Source of the DNA: Leucoraja erinacea
Taxonomy: Eukaryota
DNA: 64,000 bases
Direction of reading: 5' to 3'
Assembly (NCBI RefSeq): GCF_028641065.1
Contig: NC_073387.1
Coordinates: 29,140,001-29,204,000, forward strand
Below, one piece after another: positions 1 through 12,597 of this stretch (the first letter of the stretch is position 1; each line of letters opens with the position of its first letter). Position numbers and translations under genes: made by a program. Below the pieces are notes generated by a model. It was not told the origin of the DNA, ran no database searches, and saw nothing but the letters and a program-made list of their open reading frames with translations.

Positions 1-457
1 TTTATTTCACTCCAAATTGAGGTGCAGAATTTTAAAAACATAGTAGGTGGCTATTTGACCAATCATGTCTATATTGGAATCTTTGCTAATGTGACTTGGA
101 ACTATGTGGTTGTAATGATGGTATAGTGTAGTATTTGCATTTTGGTCTGCTTCAGATAGCTCTATTTAATTATTCCCCATAGCAAAGCATTCCAAATCCT
201 TGCCATGTAACATTTCTCGTCATTTGTTTAATTTTGTGACCAGTCTTAAGTGGGTATTTGAGGAATTGCTCTGGTCACTTCCACTTTGAAATCTTAAATG
301 GAATTAAATAGAATATTTTTCTATCTAATTTGACTGTGGTAGCACTAGGGAAGGATTATCTAGTCAGGTCCACTACCTTTTTGTTTATTATGCATCTAGT
401 TTCCCTTCAAAATGTTAATTGGCATTGTTTTCAAACAATGCATTTCAGATATTGGGG

Positions 458-575
458 TAGGGTCTCAACCCAAAACATTCCATCTCTCCAGGGATGCTGC
501 CTGTCCTGCTGATTTGCTCCAGCATGTTATGTATATCTTCAGTGTAAACCAGCATCTGCAGTTCCTTCCTACACA
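458..575 (+). mobile_element. Degenerate Penelope-derived short repeat (pLTR/SINE-like)
   Basis: Matches the window-wide repeat consensus (gggtctc..ccc..ctctccag.gatgctgcctg.cc.gctga.tt.ctccagca ... ccagcatctgcagttccttc); hammerhead core is broken. Confidence 0.7.
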
Positions 576-3500
576 TTTCAGATACTGTTGTATTTTTAAT
601 AAGCTTACTTTTTTAAGGCATCTTTTTTCACTTCCCAGTGGAATGCACTTCCCCTTTTCTGCTATCAGAATATCACTTCATCTTAAAGTTCTTTTCTTCT
701 ATATCTCTTCCCATGCAACATTTTCCAAGCAAAAAAATAACCAAATCCCAGATTCTCCATACTTTCCAAATAATTGAACATGAACTCTTGTGTCCTGGAA
801 AGTAATTGGGAGAAGACATTCTCAGCTATGATGATCATGGAGCACTGATGGGAGATTGTGATGGTCTCTGACCACCAAACTTTACTGTGAAGTCATTGTG
901 AAAAAAGGTTTAGTTTGAAACTGCTATGTTCCCATCAAAGTGTTGAAGAGAAGATGGAACAGTGAGAGTTAATTAAACAAAGTTATTTGACAGTTTAAAA
1001 AAAAAGAATTTATTATATTTTTTATATACACATTGAAACCAGGCCAGAATGAATGAGCTATGTAAGTCCATGATAGGGATTGATATCAGGGTTCGTGACT
1101 CCTATTACTCACCCTTGTTCCCCAGCTGCCAAAATAAACTCATTGCACATAGCGGAACTGTTTGAGTCATACACACACCCTTTTTTCTGCTGCACTCCTC
1201 CATGTGCACCAACAATAACAACCTCCCTCCCCAACCTCTTTGTTTCTTTGCTCCTCAGTACATGATTTTCAATTAGTTAAAGGAACAGGCTGTGCTATAG
1301 GGTGTAGGGAAAAAAGAATCCATTATTCTGTATTCTGATTTCTAAAGGCAATGAATCGCAACAATCCAGACAAGGGAGGATCTTTTCATTTGTTAAAAAA
1401 TATTCACAAGCACAATCTTTTGTTAATTCTACAGTGTTCATTGAGATTCAAGGTGAAGAAACTGCAGGCTTTTAATTAGGGTTGCTAACACCAATTGGAC
1501 TTGTTCTAGGATGTTTCATTACATGACTTCCCAAATGTAATAGTCCCACTCATTCAGGTTGCCTTCCTAAACATTGTTCAAATAATTGGATGATGTTTTT
1601 TCTATTTGTCTTTGCTTTTTGGACCTTTCAGGTGATTAACCTAAACTCTCCAGAATTTAATTTCAAACCTGAATGTTTGATAAGTCAAGCATAGTTGTCC
1701 TTCCACTGCAACTTGGGCAAAATTAAGGACGATAACCCATAGGATGGGGCCAAATTGATGTGGTCAGAAAGTTGATCACAAACAACTAATTTCTTCATTT
1801 TATTGGTGTTAACAATTTGAGTAACTCATATCTTGCATCACAAAAGCATTTCCCTATACCTATTCTGTGGAATCTACATTCTTTGGCTTTAATCTCCTAT
1901 TTATAAAGATTGCATGAAACTTCACACATTATAACTATGGCCCGACCAATTGTACCAATGTAAAATTATTTGATTTACTCGTTTACTTTTAACCTTAATA
2001 ATAAAGCTTAAAACATAGTGGATGTGTCTGTCATTATGTTTCTGCATGCGAACTCTGAAGATATTGTTCTTATCCATGACCGCTTTTCAATTAATATTTC
2101 TATTCCTCATGTTTTTATTTGAAATGTATTATTTCAAACATTTACTTTGACGTATCCTTCAACTGTTTGCGAAACATTTTATTTTGAAGGATAATTTTGA
2201 CATTTATAGTTTCTGTACAAATTATTTACATACACAAACGATAAAAGTTAACGACCCACTTTTACTAGAGTACATACTGTATGTCTGCATGTCCAACCCT
2301 TCTTTAGTTTAAGGAACACCAGTTTATTCTAATTCATATTTCATGTCCCTCCTCCAACTCGAACTGAAGCTACACTCTTAATCAGATACCTGTTTTTTTT
2401 TTAACAGGCATGTCCTGAAATTCAATCCAATCTAATTAACTGCCTTTACCAAAAATATCCTATATTATGAATTATATGTTTTTTAAGAAAAATGGTTTGT
2501 TGCCCTAAATAAATCCATCCATTTCTAAACAATTGACATTTTATCCAAAATTTGTTGTCTGCAAATGAATCTCCACTTATGACAATTGTACATTCATAGC
2601 TACGTTTTCTAGAAGGTAAAACAGGATTATTATCTACCCACACAGAAGCAGAGAAACAATATAAAGGACATCACCCATATGGATCACTGGTGCCTTTAAA
2701 CTTTTCCAATATATTTATTGTTTCTAAGGGTAGTCTGTGTCAATTCTGTGCACATTGCACGAATAACTAACACTAAAAGCTAATTTTCAAAAACAAATTA
2801 AGAAGTACCTTATTTAAAGATCTTCTGTTTGTCATTTTGGAAACCACACTAGCAGTCAGCCACCTGCAACAAGGTACAGGTGCTCCAATGATCCTATTCA
2901 AAGGGAAGAGGTAGCAATGTCAGGAAATTGATTTGCAGTAGCTTTCTGGATTACTGTGTAAATGCTAAAGCAACAAAATAAATAACACAACAGCTCTACA
3001 AATAGTTATGAGGCAAATATTCATAGAGCTCTTCCCTAAATTTGTGGAAATAATTGAGAACTTCTCCAAGACGTTGTTGTGGCTGTGGTCTTGTAATTTG
3101 CACTTTGCTTTCACTGGTCATGTAAAATAGTAAGATTAAACGAGAACTTACCAGTTTGAAGTTTGATCTTTATTTTATGAGGAGTAACGTTGAGGGATTA
3201 CGTGAAGACCCCGCCAGTACGCATGCGTGTCAATCTTCAAAGCAGCGGTGTGAAATCACAGACAACAGTTATTGAACTGAACATAGTAAGATAAGAGAAC
3301 CATAATACCAGTTGACCTTTATGATAGAGGGCTGGGAGCGGAGGGCACGTAATCCCTCAACGTTACTCCTCATAAAATAAAGATCAAACTTCAAACTGGT
3401 AAGTTCTCGTTTAATCTTACTATTTTACTTCGGAGTCATGTGAGTGACTAAGTGAAGATTTTAAAGCTCTGTGATTTCATGCCGTGGAAAACGAGTTCAG

Positions 3501-3699
3501 GCGTCATACACTGCATCAGTAGGCCAATGATGAGTGAACATTAATATTGCATTCAGACATGACATTGATATAGACATGTTGATGCTATTAATGAACAATA
3601 GTGCAATAATAACCTCCCTCAACCGGGAGGAAACATACCTAACATAGAGTTGGCAAATACCCCCAATCTGGCAATGAGTTTGATCTGAATATTTGGACA

Positions 3700-4200
3700 G
3701 ATCAATAGTTTGACCATCCTGCAGCTGCTAGGATGTGGACTATAACCCTGCTGCTGAGGTATAGCGGTCCTGGTGGAGTGAGACTCAAAATGTCAATGTT
3801 CACTCCAGTATATGCCAGACCCATTTAATCCTCTGGAGAAGGTTTGTAGTGATTCCTTCTAACGAGGTTTATGTAACTAACAATATAGCTAGTCAGAGTC
3901 TATAAGACCCTTAAGGACCTTGACATACTGGTGTAGATGCGTGATTACACGCGACCCAAGGTCCATGGGATATGCAACATCTAGTTTGGTCTTATGTCCC
4001 TGTCTACTCTGCTTGACTAATCATGAACAAAACATGTTTATTATAGCCCACAGATATGATCATCATATCCAGTGCAGCAATGACTGAACCCATAGCGCTG
4101 TACTCAGCACCATGGCATAACCACTAGTAAGTGAGTTTGACCAAGGACAGGGATGTTGCTGGTGCCCATCGGCGAAGTGACGTAGCACAAAGTTAACAAC
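3700..4200 (-). pseudogene. DIRS tyrosine recombinase remnant
   Basis: Manual minus-strand translation gives LSLVKLT...AMVLSTALWVQSLL (box I-like, catalytic R apparently replaced by W), HSTR and ILAAAGWS; frameshifted. Confidence 0.75.
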
Positions 4201-4592
4201 CCATATCTCTGCGTCCCTAGACCTGGGAGGATTTATAAGTTGATGATACCCTTAATAATCTAGATATCAGAGGGTGAGACCGGACAGAGTGGTTTATGTT
4301 CACTGCAGCTAAATGATGAGGTACTTCAGGCACAGTAAATGGAATATTAACTTAATGTTATAATCCCATAAGACTGAATTTCAAGATGTTAGTCGTCCGT
4401 GCCGAGATAAACGTAAAGAAGCATAAACAATACTTCCCATCTCCTATGAGGAATGCTGCTATTTGATGCTATTCCTGCAATCTGCCGTGAGCACTCCCAA
4501 TCTTTAGGTTTGACAACCCGAGCCGCAGGAACGGTCTCTCAGAGTCTGTAAGTCAATGAATTGATTATATCATGCAGAGGATGGTTTCAACA

Positions 4593-5530
4593 TCACAACT
4601 GAACCAGCATCTTTGTGCCAGAAATAACTATGTAAGGTTTTATGCTCATTCCCCACATTAGCGGGAACCATGGGTAAATCACCCAGGCAGGCACTATGAA
4701 AAGCCGGAAGCGGGAATTTTGCATGACCCGTCCTATGAGGCCAAATGGAGGAAGACATAAAAGACCATTCCTCACGTGTAGCGAGAATGCACCCTTCGTC
4801 ACTGATATGCCTCGTATTTTTACTACTGGTGATTGAGCCTGGATGCAAGCATCTCGATCATTAGTGTTCCATCGATTCACAATGTCATTAAATACCTTGT
4901 GATCACACATTAATTCTGTGTTGTCATTGATTTGCATGATAATACATCAGTGCTAAATGCGGTTAGGTAAAACTATCACCGGATACTTTGATTTGATTGT
5001 AACTTAGTGATTAACATATTCCACCACCAAAGTGTATCACCTAGGACTTGTGCATGCAGATTATGCATATTCACACACCCTTTAATGCACAGAACGCAAC
5101 TGGTGTCCATTGGCAGTTGATACCATGACTGAACAATTGATAACTCGTGCTAATCCCATCTGCCTCCGTAACTAGAGATGGTATTAGTAAATTCCTCATC
5201 TTTGTGCAATAGCATCAGTTTGTGAATGACTGAAGATTTACGGATGAGAGGTTTAGTGGAGCAACGCGGAATACTGTTCGTCCACCATTGTGACTTTGAT
5301 AGTTTCAGCTGCGAATAGCAGATGTCTAATCTTTTGTCACAGAGCCGAATCCCAGACAAATAAATGGATTGATTGTATTCCAATAATCAATAGTTTCAGT
5401 TGGTATCAGCTTGATTTAAATTTAACTGAACGGGTTAGAACCCCAATTTATCAAATATAGCTATGTGGCTGATAGGCTAATTTAGTAAAATTCAGTATGT
5501 TCAATATCATCCAGATTGGCCATAACACTT
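4593..5530 (-). pseudogene. DIRS RT / RNase H / methyltransferase-like domain remnant
   Basis: NLDD at the YLDD position, WW followed by a frameshifted TDA (RNase H), and the PPF..I.RV....IVP.W..WFP motif typical of the DIRS MT domain. Confidence 0.75.
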
Positions 5531-8297
5531 ATTTGTTAGCTCTGTGCAGTCAAAGCACTGATTGTAGTGATTTGGTAAATAATCTGGAAACTGAAGTTAG
5601 CTCATTTTGCAACGCCACTGAGTGTCTCATTGCCTCATCCAGTTAAATTTCAATTATCTCTGAACCCTGTGAGAGGAAATTATCACATGGAAGTTACTCA
5701 GAAATGTCTATACTGCACTTGCGGTTTGAGGCTGTTGACAATGATCAGTCCACATCTCCATAATTGTGAGCTTGCCTTGAAAGGCTACTCCAACCATACC
5801 TGTTGTGCAGTATAAACTAATCCTATGTTATCCCAAACTAGTGTAAATATTCAAACCAGTGTTAATATTACCAACGTATCCGTGACAGGAGACATCATGA
5901 TGTGGCTCCCTACCTCACAACGCCGGATGGGGAACTTCCAGGAGTTGCCTCAATCAGCTTCTTCCTTCCACATCCGAATGGGAGGACTTATGCAACCCGA
6001 CCCAGGAGCTGCCTCAACCATGTGTGCATGATTTTTCACTTCTGCTCCTGGGAGATAGAGGAGCTCGAATACGGGGTTGGCGCATCTTCCGGGAAGGCCG
6101 TTCTGGGCTGTGGCCTAAAAAGACCTTTGTCCTGGTTGTACGGCCTTCAAGCTTTCACCAGCTTCAGTGTATCGTGGTTTGCTTGTGGATGCGTAGGGGT
6201 GCTGCTGCTGGAGATGTGAGGTCTTGAGTGATGATGTGGCCTTCATGAGCCCAACGGTCCTTGTCGAGCTTCTTGACTTGTTTCATCAGGTTGCCCAAAT
6301 GGCAGTATCCCCCTGATAGCTGTTTACTGCAGGGACACTGAGCGAAATACAGTTCCCTGGTGCTGGGTATTTGGTATTTGTTATTCACAGCTTTCTCCTA
6401 CTGCTTGTTGTGTTGTTCCTGCACCCCAAGCACACTTGTGGTATCTGCAGCCAAACCACTGTCTTCAGAGTCAGCCCAGAAGTGATTCCTAATGCTCCCC
6501 TCTGTCGAGGGAGATGCATTATGCAGCCCTCGATAAGGTGCTGCCATGGGCGTCCTAGGACCCCTATGGTGACTAGAACTCCATGTCACATTGGAGCATC
6601 AGCTCCATCAACCGCTCCATGCGGGATATGCGATCATAGTCACTCCCGCCGGCGGTGAGTCTTCACAGCCCGACTCGTCCGAGTCTTCGGGCCTGTCCGA
6701 CTTCTGCTTGGCCTTCCCGCCAATCTGTGGCGTCGATTCCGACTGTGCAGGTGCCAGGTCGGAGACTGCTGATCAATAACGATCCAGGTGCAGCCTACCA
6801 CTGCTGACTGCCCGCAATTCCGCGGTCCTCCTCAGTCAGTCTGGATGCGGTCCATTCCTGTAACATTCTCATAAAATAACACAAAACAACCTTTGAGTTA
6901 GGATTTTACCTGCATGGCCTGTTTTGAACCTTCTGCTGCAGGGGCAACACTCCTCCCGAGCCTGGTCTCCTGGTCTTAGTTGTTGCAGCTGGGGTTCCCT
7001 CTGTGGTCCTTGTTGAAAGGCTTCCATTGTCGGGTATTTCTCCCCCGAGCTTTACCTCCGCGGTCCCTATAGCAGGGCTTTTCCGCGATGTTCTCCAGTC
7101 GGGGTTTCCCCCCCCGGCACCAATATGAAGCCGCTGGTTCCACCGCCAGCGCTCGGTAGGCGAATCCACCGCCGCCCGCTCCCCGCGTTCTGCGGTCTCC
7201 CGAGCGGGTTCTCCACCTATATGAAGCTGCTGGCTCCACCACCAGCGGCTCGAAAGGCGAATCCACCTCCACTCGCTACCCGCATTTGTGGTCTCCCGAG
7301 CGACTTGGTCCGTGGGCAGGCATTCCCGTGACCGAGGTTCCCTGGAAGTTCGTGACTGGGGTTCCCCCTAGTCCCGACTTTGCCCCGGACTTTTAGCAGG
7401 ACCTCTAAGTGGAGGTTCCTGCAAGAAGATGAAAAACCTGAAAAAGTTTTTTAAAAACTTACCTCAGGTCTGTTGCTGGCAGGAGAATCACGTCCATCCT
7501 GCCAGTCATCACGCAATGCGATAGACGATATGACACGCATGCGTACTGGCGGGGTCTTCACGTAGTCACTCACGTGACTCCGAAGTAAAATTATATTTAA
7601 GTCGACTATATGGAAGTTTCTGTTGGACTTGATTTTGGTAAATGCTGTGTGGATGGTAACAAGTTTATTTACGCAGCGGAATCTCAAGACTTGGCACATG
7701 CAATACGGAAAAGAAATCTGGCGACTGGTAGGGATTGCACAGCCTTAATTGCAAACCTCACCAGAAAAAATACAACCAAATGTAGATATGTGGAGGTTTC
7801 GGGGTTCCATTGAACTGCTGATGAGCCTCTTTTAATGGCAACATAATCTGTACCTAATTTTTGATGGCTCAATAAAATTAAAAGAACAAATAAATAAATA
7901 AATAAATAAATAAACAAACAGATTGATAAATAACTGAATAAAGTTGTTTTTTTTTAAAGCTAAATATTGGAAATTCCAGGTGTTGAACGTTTGTTTTTTT
8001 TATAACCTTCTTATGATCTATATCGGCTCATGAAACTCTTCACAATGGTGGTTCACATACCAAAATCTTTCCATTATTGCCCATTATTCTTTGTGAGTAT
8101 TGGAACTCCAAATAGCTGTAAGTGAAATGGCATTAGATTTGCAATATTCCTACACACTTATTTCTTCCTTCATTTCATTTGTGTTCCATAGCCTGAATCT
8201 GCACCAACTTACTGTTACTCACTTACTGTCAACTTACTGTTGTACCGGCACATGCTTCCTTCCATTACTTGTCACAAACACATACAGTATTTTTAAG

Positions 8298-8657
8298 GTA
8301 GACAAAAATGCTGGAGAAACTCAGCTGGTGAGGCAGCATCTATGGAGCGAAGGAAATTGGCAATGTTTCGGGTCGAAACCCTTCTTCAGACTGATGCGAG
8401 GGTGGGGAGGCGGGAAGAAGAAAGGAAGAGGTGGAGCCAGTGGGCTGAGGGAGAGCTGAGATTGGGAGGAGAAAGTAGGGACTACCTGAAATTAGAGAAG
8501 TCAATGTTCATACCTCTGGGGTGCAAACTGCCCAAGCGAAATATGAGGTGCTGCTCCTCCAATTTACGGTGGTCCTCCCTCTGGCCATGGATGAGGCCCA
8601 GGACAGAAAGGTCGGATTCGCAATGGGAGGGGGAGTTGAAGTGCTGAGCCACCGGGA
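8298..8657 (-). mobile_element. Penelope-like element 3' fragment (GIY-YIG C-terminus plus pLTR with hammerhead-like core)
   Basis: ORF 8482-8706 contains VAQHFNSPSHCESDLSVLGL..RKLEEQHLIFRLGSLHPRGMNIDF; core motif at 8362-8389 (-). Confidence 0.85.
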
Positions 8658-10219
8658 AGCTTGACATGAGTGTTACTATGCTTTCTTGATTGACTGGGGA
8701 AAGCATCGCATTTGTGCGTGATCCATCTTTGGCTAAAGCACTAGTTTCTTGTGCACTTCTCTCAGATATTGCTTACTAACAATTTAAGGCGAGAGTCCTG
8801 GAATATCTGCCTTGTTCAATAGAGGAGTCCTAAACACCCATACCATTGAATCCACGCTGAATGAGAACTGCCATCTCACAAAGATTAGATACAAATTCGA
8901 GGAAGTTTTCTGCATTGACAATTCAGTCAAATTTACTCAACAACCATAGTACCTGATTAATTTCAACTGCCCTGGAGCACTGAAACACCATAGAATTTGT
9001 GTGCGTATTTTTCAATCTTCCTTTCATATCGTAGGATAATGGGGTGTGAAGGAAAATATATTTTTGTTGGTCAGAAAATGTTGTGGTTCTCACAGGTGAG
9101 GGATGATTGAACTGGACTTTCTGCTCTCACCTCTTTGAAGCAGCTGCTAACTTTCATGAGTTTTGATGTTTCCACATGCAATATTTAAGATTATGTAATA
9201 TACAGTAGCTTAATTTTTGTACACGTTAGACTCGTGTCACAATTGGATTTCCAAGTTAATACTTTGTGAGAATATAAATTAATAAAACCAAAACAGATCT
9301 TTGAACTCAAACAAAGAAACATTTAAAACATAAATGTGAAATTGACATGCACTTCAAACTGAAATTAGTTTGCTCGGTGTGTTTGTACCATGTTGTCAAA
9401 TGATTTATTACTTGTCATTTATGATCTAACAGAGGTACAAGAATGAACTCAATGGCATATCAATGCTGTGATGCCAGATGTTTCAACCATTGCCAACAAA
9501 AGGACTTCAACCTTAATGACATCATCAAAAAATCTCTCTTCTGGTAAGGATGAAACTAAACTAATGAGAAGGCAGTTTAAATGGTGACTGAACTTCTTGT
9601 GATGGCATCGAATAGCATTAGCACTCATCCGTTGACAAAATTGCTGGCTCTCTGGCTGGGATTTTGCACAAAATAAGATTTTTTGAAATGTTAAACTATA
9701 AAGTTATAAAGCATTAAGATGTTTCAAGATGAACTACATCTTATTTGTTGTTGAGAAAACCTCCTAACCCACATCCCAAAGTTCTAGCGTTCCCAATAAC
9801 AGTGACAATGAATAGAATGTTAAGTTTTTCCCCACAGCTTGTAAGATTCACTAATTTTCAATCTATCCTCAGGAACCTGCTCACTGCAGCCCATCAGCAG
9901 CTGTTGCAGAAGTCTCTATTCAATGTTGTTTTCCACGGAGATATGAGCACATGCTGTGGTGGAGAGGAGGAGGTTAAAGAAGGCCTGAAATAAGGTTTTT
10001 GAGATTATGCTGCGGGCAATTATTGTTCCTTTTTCGAGCTACCATTGCCCATGGGTAATCTTTTTGTTCTTGGAAAATGTTGAACAGATGAAGGTGTAAA
10101 CTATTTGCAAAAGTGGTCAATTGAAAGGACTTAGATTTTCAATTTCTCGAACATATAATTTCAGAAACACAGAAGTGTCATCATTCCCAGCACATAATTT
10201 AATGTCAAGGAAACATCGA

Positions 10220-10445
10220 AAGATAGAAAATAGGTGCAGCAGTAGGCCATTCAGCCATTCAGCCATTCGAGCCATTCAATATGATCATGGCTGATCCAAA
10301 ATCAGTACCCCGTTCCTGCATTTTCCCCATATCCCTTTATTCCGTTAGCCCTTAAGAGCTATATATAACTCTCTCTTGAAAATATCTAGTGAATTGGCCT
10401 CCACTGCCTTCAGTGGCAAAGAATTCTACAGATTCACAACTGTGT
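10220..10445 (-). mobile_element. CR1-type LINE 3' UTR fragment
   Basis: Nearly the same sequence as the 3' ends at 30666-30900 and 62585-62830 (aaaataggtgcag.agtaggccattc...ccattcaatatgatcatggctgatc). Confidence 0.8.
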
Positions 10446-11466
10446 TCTCAAAAGTGTTCAATTGCAAGGCCCTTGATTTTCAATAACTTCTAGAACATAT
10501 AATTTCAGAAACATAGAAGTGTCATAATTCCCACCTTCCCTCATAATTTTATGTCAAGGAATATCACTTTTTCAAATAATTTAGTGAAATCCCACTACAT
10601 TCTCATGCTTTCAGTCTCTGCATACGTTGACTGAACTCTGCAAGTTTTCTCTGAGATGAGAAAAATCATTATTCAATTCTCTTCCTTGATGACCCAAACT
10701 GCACACTACTCTTCTGACGTGTTTCATCAAACTCCATCAGTGTCGTTGCATCTTGACTGAACAACAATTGTGACATTTACTTCCATGGAAAGTTATTTCT
10801 CCCAGCCACCTTTTTTCCTCCCAGATATCCCTTCTGTGTGTGGTCATGAGCCAGAGATTTCCATAAGTCAGTTGGGATCCTATGTTTCTTAAAGGAGGCT
10901 TTGAGCACATCCTTGAATCTTTTGTTTGTACTCTTGGCAATATCTTCCCATAACAGAGATCAGAATCGAGTACCTGCATTTGTAATCTAAGTTTGGATAT
11001 GCAAACAATGTGAAGTGCCCAATGGAACCAATTCCATGGACCTAGGGCCTTAAAATTAGAGATGTCGGCCTGAGATAGTTTGCTTACCCTTTTTGTGAAT
11101 TTATAAGATTTCGCAGAAATAATGTTTTTCAATTGTTGAGATAGGTAGCCCAGGTCTCAGAAGATTAAAGAAAGGAAGGGAACACTGCTGCCCATAGACT
11201 AATAAGTTTGAGCCATGTCATTGGTTTTAATCTTTTTTCTCTAACAACCAAATGCCACAAAGACAGATGAAAATTGGTAACTCTACCAACCTGTTGATAG
11301 CATGTCACTTTTTGCATTTGATTAAGTCTCTCATTACAGAGGAAGTTACTTCCTCTGCGGGTGTATTGCAAATTGCATTGAATATGCTCAATTGCATGTT
11401 GTTTGCGTGGAGTATATGGATGATTCTATTCTCTTGTCCCCATTTTGAGAGGTAGCTGCTGAGCAG

Positions 11467-11694
11467 TTTAGCAATCTGAGAAACGACTACTGGAGTTTTC
11501 AACAAAACTTTATTCGAAAGCTCAAGTTGCAGCATACAGGTTAATCAGACACGTCTGCCCACATCAGTGGTCAGCGCTGAACTAACGCACGCAAAGGAAA
11601 AAACGCGCGAAAACAGCAGCCCCTCCCGAGTCACTTGACTGCGGCTTCCGAACGCCGGGTTCGATATCTGCGTGCGCTAGCAGGCGCCGCTACA
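11467..11694 (-). mobile_element. Solo LTR (Gypsy-like)
   Basis: Minus strand starts TGTAGC and ends GCTAAA (degenerate GCTACA). AATAAA lies ~45 nt from the 3' end, 4-bp TSD GCAG at 11463-11466 / 11695-11698, CpG-rich. Confidence 0.7.
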
Positions 11695-12174
11695 GCAGTC
11701 TCTTTTTGGACTTTGATTATAAGAAATTGCATTATGCAACATGGATAGAGTGGTGGAGGACATTTTTTATTTTGTGGATGTCTAGTATGCAGTCTCTTCT
11801 CTCGTACATTTAGTAAAATGAGTCGACAGTGCTTTGGAGTATGGCCTCTGCGGGTACAGAAACAAAATAGCTGTCTTTATGACTGGGGTTGGAATGTCTC
11901 CTATTCTAGTTTGGAGGAAAAGAAAGTTGAAAGATTTCTCATTTTCCTGTACATTAACATCAATCCAATAGGGGAATTCGAATGTGAGGAAATTGCGGGG
12001 GAAATAACGATTGAGAAGAGGGTTAGAGTGATGACACTGTCTTGCTTGTGCCCACTCTGGTTTAGGATTGAGTGAAATTATTATGTAGCATAAAACGGAG
12101 ACAAATTTCTGAAGGAAACCAAATTTGAGGATTCTCCACAATCCCTCTCAATTGAAAGTCAATGGCTTTTGTAT

Positions 12175-12594
12175 AGGGTGATTTCACGAAAGGTCACTGG
12201 AGCATAGATCCGCACCCACGTGACCGAAAATCTCAAGTGGAGGACATGCTAGACATCCGGTACATGTTAGTGGATGGGAAAACACGCACTTTCCCACCCG
12301 TTAAAAACATAGAAAACGGCCAGGTTTTGATCTGCAATTTATTGTGCCAGTCGGGGTGACCGTGAGGCACAGCTACCAAGATTTACAGTAAAAAAAAAGA
12401 TAGAAACTAAGGTAAATTAAAGAGGGAGCTGAAGGTACCAATCCAGCGGAAGTGAACAGCGGACATTTGCCGTGGAGATTTAAAGGTCCAAAATATCGGG
12501 AATTATCGCTTTTGCTCACTGAATTTCATCAAAAGTAAGACATAATAATGACTTACTTTTGATGAAATTCAGCGAGCAAACGCCATAATTCCCT
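12175..12594. mobile_element. Palindromic MITE-like element, copy A (right arm mostly deleted)
   Basis: Starts AGGGTGATTTCAC, palindrome centre near 12545, ends CCCT; dinucleotide TSD (AT or TA). Confidence 0.75.
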
Positions 12595-12597
12595 ATA

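Larger units (their letters stand above)
3123..7590 (-). mobile_element. DIRS1-type tyrosine-recombinase retrotransposon, full length, ORFs degenerate
   Basis: Inverted terminal repeats 3199-3232 / 7531-7564. Right-end extension 3122-3204 is the perfect 83-bp inverse of 3346-3428, and 3423-3458 matches the reverse complement of 7555-7590 (ICR). Minus-strand remnants: RT (VMANLDDI, ~5500-5526), RNase H start (SQWW..., ~5210-5300), MT-like domain (LPPFGLIGRV...IVPAW...PWFP, 4593-4937), YR motifs HSTR (3769-3780) and HILAAAGWS (3711-3737). Confidence 0.9.

Noticed and set aside
1-3100. Possible 3' end of an upstream gene (ADRA1B neighbours TTC1 in mammals)
   Set aside because: No recognisable coding exon; AT-rich sequence, and synteny alone is not evidence.
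6859-7462. Alternative tiny introns in the DIRS leader (7462-7419; donor near 6909)
   Set aside because: They would be ~44 and ~52 nt, below typical vertebrate minimum intron size; only the 605-nt intron was kept.
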